A stretch of 64,000 nt of DNA from Sedimentisphaerales bacterium (GTDB taxonomy: Bacteria; Planctomycetota; Phycisphaerae; Sedimentisphaerales; SM23-30), in the NCBI GenBank assembly GCA_963663965.2, contig CAXXFK010000006.1, forward strand, positions 64,001 through 128,000, given 5' to 3'. Positions 60,541 through 64,000 of this stretch are shown one piece after another. The notes below the pieces were generated by a model, which saw nothing but the letters and a program-made list of their open reading frames with translations, searched no databases and was not told the DNA's origin. Within the stretch, counting starts at the first letter, position 1. Every line of letters begins with the position of its first letter. Position numbers and translations under genes: made by a program.

Positions 60541-61635
60541 GTGACCGATCAAAAAACACTTTGTGTTATAGGAGCCGGTAACGGTGGTTGTGCCCTGGCC
60601 GGGGATATGACCCTGGCCGGCCATCGATGCCGGTTGTTTGAATTTTCGGATTATGCCGCTAATATCAATCCGATTATTCAAAACGGCGGTATCGAAGTAA
60701 CCGGTATTGCCCGGACCGGATTTGCCCGGCTGGAGTTGGCCACGGCGGATCTGGCAGAGGCGGTACGGGGTAGTGATGTGATCATGGTAACAACCCAGGC
60801 TCTGGCTCATGAGCGATTCGCCCGGGAGGTCGCTCCTTATCTGACTGCCGGGCAGACAGTCATTCTCTGGCCCGGCAGTGGCGGGACGCTGGCCGTTCGT
60901 AAGCGATGGGATGATATGGGAATGGATACTCCGGTGGTACTGGCTGAAGCTGTGACATTTCCCTACTGCTGTCGATGCCTTGGGGGGCCGGGAACAGTGA
61001 ATATTCACCGGGAGGACGGTCCGAATATGCTTTTAGCTGCATTGCCGGCAAGTGATACTGTCAAGGCGATAGTAGCCTTACAGGGCACCTACGCGAATGT
61101 GGTAAAACCGGCCAGAAGTATATTGGAACCCGCATTATATAATGTGAATATTATCGTCCATCCCGTTGGCGCGCTGTTGAATATGGGGCGGATCGAATAT
61201 GCCAACGGTGAATTTTATATGTACAAAGAGGGCATCACCCCCTCTGTAAAAAAAGTCGTTCATGCCATGGACCGGGAACGCAGCGAATTATTTACCTGGT
61301 TAGGTTATTCTCCTTATACCTACGATCAGATTTTCGCGGACTGTTTCAATATGACATTTCCGGAATTCGCGAAGAGTTCGAGCAAGGGACCGTTCAGCAT
61401 GCAGGATCGGTATGTCACAGAAGACATTCCAATGGGGACCACCCTGTCGTTATCTCTGGGGAAAAATTTTGGCGTGTCCATGCCCACTTACGAATGTATT
61501 ATCCACCTGGCATCGCTGGTGAATGAAACGGATTATTACGCGAAAGGCCGCAATCTGACAAATCTGGGATTTGATCGTTATAACAAAGATCAATTTGAGC
61601 AGTATCTGCAAACCGGAATCAAGGCGACAATTTAG
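60541..61635 (+). CDS. NAD/NADP octopine/nopaline (opine) dehydrogenase family protein
   Basis: VIGAGNGG Rossmann motif; NIIVHP, FYMYKEGIT, DRER, RYVTEDIP. Confidence 0.9.
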   Translation: MTDQKTLCVIGAGNGGCALAGDMTLAGHRCRLFEFSDYAANINPIIQNGGIEVTGIARTGFARLELATADLAEAVRGSDVIMVTTQALAHERFAREVAPYLTAGQTVILWPGSGGTLAVRKRWDDMGMDTPVVLAEAVTFPYCCRCLGGPGTVNIHREDGPNMLLAALPASDTVKAIVALQGTYANVVKPARSILEPALYNVNIIVHPVGALLNMGRIEYANGEFYMYKEGITPSVKKVVHAMDRERSELFTWLGYSPYTYDQIFADCFNMTFPEFAKSSSKGPFSMQDRYVTEDIPMGTTLSLSLGKNFGVSMPTYECIIHLASLVNETDYYAKGRNLTNLGFDRYNKDQFEQYLQTGIKATI

Positions 61636-61697
61636 CATTTGAGTAGTTATATTTGATATACCGTATTCGTCAGTTGGATACGGCAACAGGAATTTTC

Positions 61698-63137
61698 ATG
61701 ATACCCCATCCCATCCAGTTATGTGAAAACGCCTCAAACCAGGATATTGAAACCATTCTGGATGCCTCTTTTACTGTCCTGGAAAGCAAAGGACTCATCA
61801 TTCAATCGTCAACCGCCCACAAGGCTCTGGCCGACGCAGGTTTGAGAGTGAACGCTCAAGATCAAAAAGTATATTTTACCAGGCCGGTCATTGAGGAGGC
61901 ATTATCTTTGGTGCCATCCCAATGGATTTTGCAGGCCCGGAATCACCTGAAGAGTGTCCAGTTTGGCGGTTCCAGTCTGGCGATCGCGCCGGGATACGGC
62001 AGCGTATTTATTGCCGACGAGCAAGGTCGGCGCCGGGAAGCTACATTGAACGATTTCGAAAAACTGTCGCGATTGTCCTACGCCAGCGCTTTAATTGATA
62101 TTACCGGTGGATTACTGGTAGAACCAAACGACATTCAGATCGCACTGCGACCGCTGGAAATGACCTACGCATTGATTCGTAATTCGGACAAGCCGTATAT
62201 GGGGGCGGTGGTCAAAACCGACGGCGCCTACGATTCCATTGAGATGAGTCGGATAGTTTTTGGCGATCTGTCCAATCAATATTGCGTTATTGGCCTGATC
62301 AATATCAACAGTCCTCTTCGGCTGGATGTGACTATGGCCAATGCCCTGATCGCCTATGTCCAGGCAGGTCAGCCGGTTTTGCTGACTCCGGGAATTATGA
62401 TGGGCATATCCGCTCCGGTCACATTCGCCGGCGCGCTGGTTCAGGCCTATGCCGAGTTGATGGGCTGTGTGACTCTGGTGCAAGTCCTGCGACCGGGTAC
62501 GCCGGTGATAATTGGATTAGGTGGTTTCGGCAGTGAGTTGCGAAATGGGACCACGGGCTTTGGCCGGCCTGAAAATGCCCTGGCGATGCAGGTGGGCGCC
62601 CAGATTGCCAGGCGATTACATATCCCGTTTCGATGTTCGGCGGCGGTTACCAGCGCGCGTCAACCCGATTGCCAGAGCGGTTATGAACGAATGATGACCG
62701 CATTAAACGCATACCACAGTGGGTCTCATTTTTGTCTTCAGGCGGCCGGCATTCTGGATTCAATCAATACGATGAGTTATGAGCAATTTATCATCGATCT
62801 GGAAATCTGGTCTTATATTGCCCGCCTGGGTCAGAAGATGACGGTTGATTCGGATGCCCTGGGACTGGATATCATCAATTTTCATTCGGATAATTATCTG
62901 GCTCATGAACATACGATACGTTATATGAGGGAAGAGTTATTCGCACCATCTCTGGCCCCCTTGGAACCTTATGAACAGTGGCTGGAATCCGATAGAAAAG
63001 ACATTGTCATTCGCGCGCGGGGGATCGCCGAGCAAATCCTTAAGGCTACGGATATGCCTGAATTGGATGCTGCTGTCGACAATGAGTTGAAACAATATAT
63101 GAAGTCGCGGAAAAAAACACTACTTGGTATCCCTTAA
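61698..63137 (+). CDS. Trimethylamine methyltransferase (MttB) superfamily protein, non-pyrrolysine
   Basis: LQARN, RREATLNDF, VEPND, SDKPYMG, ININSPL, APVTFAGALVQ, DCQSGYE, AAGILDS...SYEQFIID; no in-frame TAG. Confidence 0.9.
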   Translation: MIPHPIQLCENASNQDIETILDASFTVLESKGLIIQSSTAHKALADAGLRVNAQDQKVYFTRPVIEEALSLVPSQWILQARNHLKSVQFGGSSLAIAPGYGSVFIADEQGRRREATLNDFEKLSRLSYASALIDITGGLLVEPNDIQIALRPLEMTYALIRNSDKPYMGAVVKTDGAYDSIEMSRIVFGDLSNQYCVIGLININSPLRLDVTMANALIAYVQAGQPVLLTPGIMMGISAPVTFAGALVQAYAELMGCVTLVQVLRPGTPVIIGLGGFGSELRNGTTGFGRPENALAMQVGAQIARRLHIPFRCSAAVTSARQPDCQSGYERMMTALNAYHSGSHFCLQAAGILDSINTMSYEQFIIDLEIWSYIARLGQKMTVDSDALGLDIINFHSDNYLAHEHTIRYMREELFAPSLAPLEPYEQWLESDRKDIVIRARGIAEQILKATDMPELDAAVDNELKQYMKSRKKTLLGIP

Positions 63138-63151
63138 GAAGGCTGGATTCA

Positions 63152-64000
63152 ATGCTGACACCGGAAATCCCGTTATCACGAATCAATTCCGAACGCCTGC
63201 GAGACCGTTTGTGGCGATTGGTCCAGATTGCCAGTCCGACCGGGCGAGAAAAAAAGGCAGCCGGGATGTTTGTCGAATTGCTGGAACAAGCAGGCGCCCA
63301 GGTGGTTGTTGATGATAGATTGCCGGATAGTCCAAATGTCATTGGCCGTTTGAAAGGGAATAAGCCCGGCCCGACGATTCAACTGGCCGGCCATCTTGAT
63401 CATATCGACATTGCCCATCCTGTGGCAGAATTACATTTGGATCGGGTAATCGGCAGAGGCGCGGCCGATATGAAAAATGGTTTGGCCGGCATTCTTGAAA
63501 TCGTTCAAATTCTTCATGACACCGGATGTGAATTTCCGGGGGAGATCCTGATTACTGCTTATGGATTGCACGAAGCGCCGGTCGGCAATTCGAAAGGATT
63601 GCTGAATCTGCTGGAAGCCGGCATTAAAGGTGATGCCGCCATTGTTTTTGAGGGGCCCAGTGATGTTGCGGCCGTCATGGCGAATGGGATGGCAATCTGG
63701 AACCTGGGTATTACGCATGCGGCGCCCGCCAGTCATGAATTGTGTACTGACCGGGATAAATATGAATTACTCGAATGGGCATCTCATGTTGTAACGGTTT
63801 TTAAACAAGCCGACCTGGAAAAGAAACAACGTTTAAATCCGTTTCCATTATTACCGGCGGAATCGATTTTTGTCGGACAGTTTCACTATGGCGATTTTTA
63901 TAATCGTTTGACGAATCAATGCGTTCTGCAGGGCACCCGACGCTGGCAACCCGATAAAACATTTGACGAGATCAAAGTTGAATTGGAGTCGGTGATACAG
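63152..64000 (+). CDS. M20/ArgE-DapE family metallo-hydrolase; runs off the window edge
   Basis: Not in the ORF track. MLTPEIP...IASPTGRE...AGHLDH...GRGAADMKNG...LHE, open to the window end. Confidence 0.85.
   Translation, partial: MLTPEIPLSRINSERLRDRLWRLVQIASPTGREKKAAGMFVELLEQAGAQVVVDDRLPDSPNVIGRLKGNKPGPTIQLAGHLDHIDIAHPVAELHLDRVIGRGAADMKNGLAGILEIVQILHDTGCEFPGEILITAYGLHEAPVGNSKGLLNLLEAGIKGDAAIVFEGPSDVAAVMANGMAIWNLGITHAAPASHELCTDRDKYELLEWASHVVTVFKQADLEKKQRLNPFPLLPAESIFVGQFHYGDFYNRLTNQCVLQGTRRWQPDKTFDEIKVELESVIQ

Noticed and set aside
61698..63137. Pyrrolysine read-through in the MttB homolog
   Set aside because: The ORF is uninterrupted with no in-frame TAG, and no pyl genes are in the window.
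1..64000. CRISPR array or cas genes
   Set aside because: No regularly spaced repeat-spacer array or cas-like ORF was seen.

Overview
This is a 64 kb bacterial window. Its PEP-CTERM proteins, H-X9-DG pseudopilins and dockerin-like repeats suggest an anaerobic planctomycete such as a Phycisphaerae/Sedimentisphaerales relative (inference). Several genes are broken by single-base indels, mostly in short homopolymers, which are probably assembly errors. Content from left to right: (1) an Fe3+/FbpABC-type ABC transporter followed by a PEP-CTERM + pseudopilin + dockerin-protein cassette with a secreted EEP nuclease/phosphatase; (2) two GH43 enzymes and an alpha/beta hydrolase; (3) a minus-strand, RiPP-like gene cluster at about 17.9-24.8 kb; (4) a GH92; (5) a sigma54-driven NifX/DUF5320/thioesterase/rSAM operon; (6) an operon encoding an MCP with no sensor domain, two atypical V4R proteins and a cysteine desulfurase; (7) an island starting at a tRNA-Val 3' fragment, with a tyrosine integrase, IS1634, ISL3 and an attP-like tRNA-Asp 3' fragment; (8) a second PEP-CTERM/pseudopilin/dockerin glycan-utilisation cassette; (9) an AraC, GH172, opine dehydrogenase, MttB-family and M20 run. 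The RiPP-like cluster is the best candidate for an undescribed system. It encodes a Tat-signal-bearing PqqD/RRE protein, an rSAM-SPASM enzyme, a CxC-repeat Cys-rich precursor with an FxxPxL leader, a TPR membrane protein, a B12-rSAM and a UbiU/UbiV-like U32 pair. All family calls come from motif recognition by eye; no searches were run.
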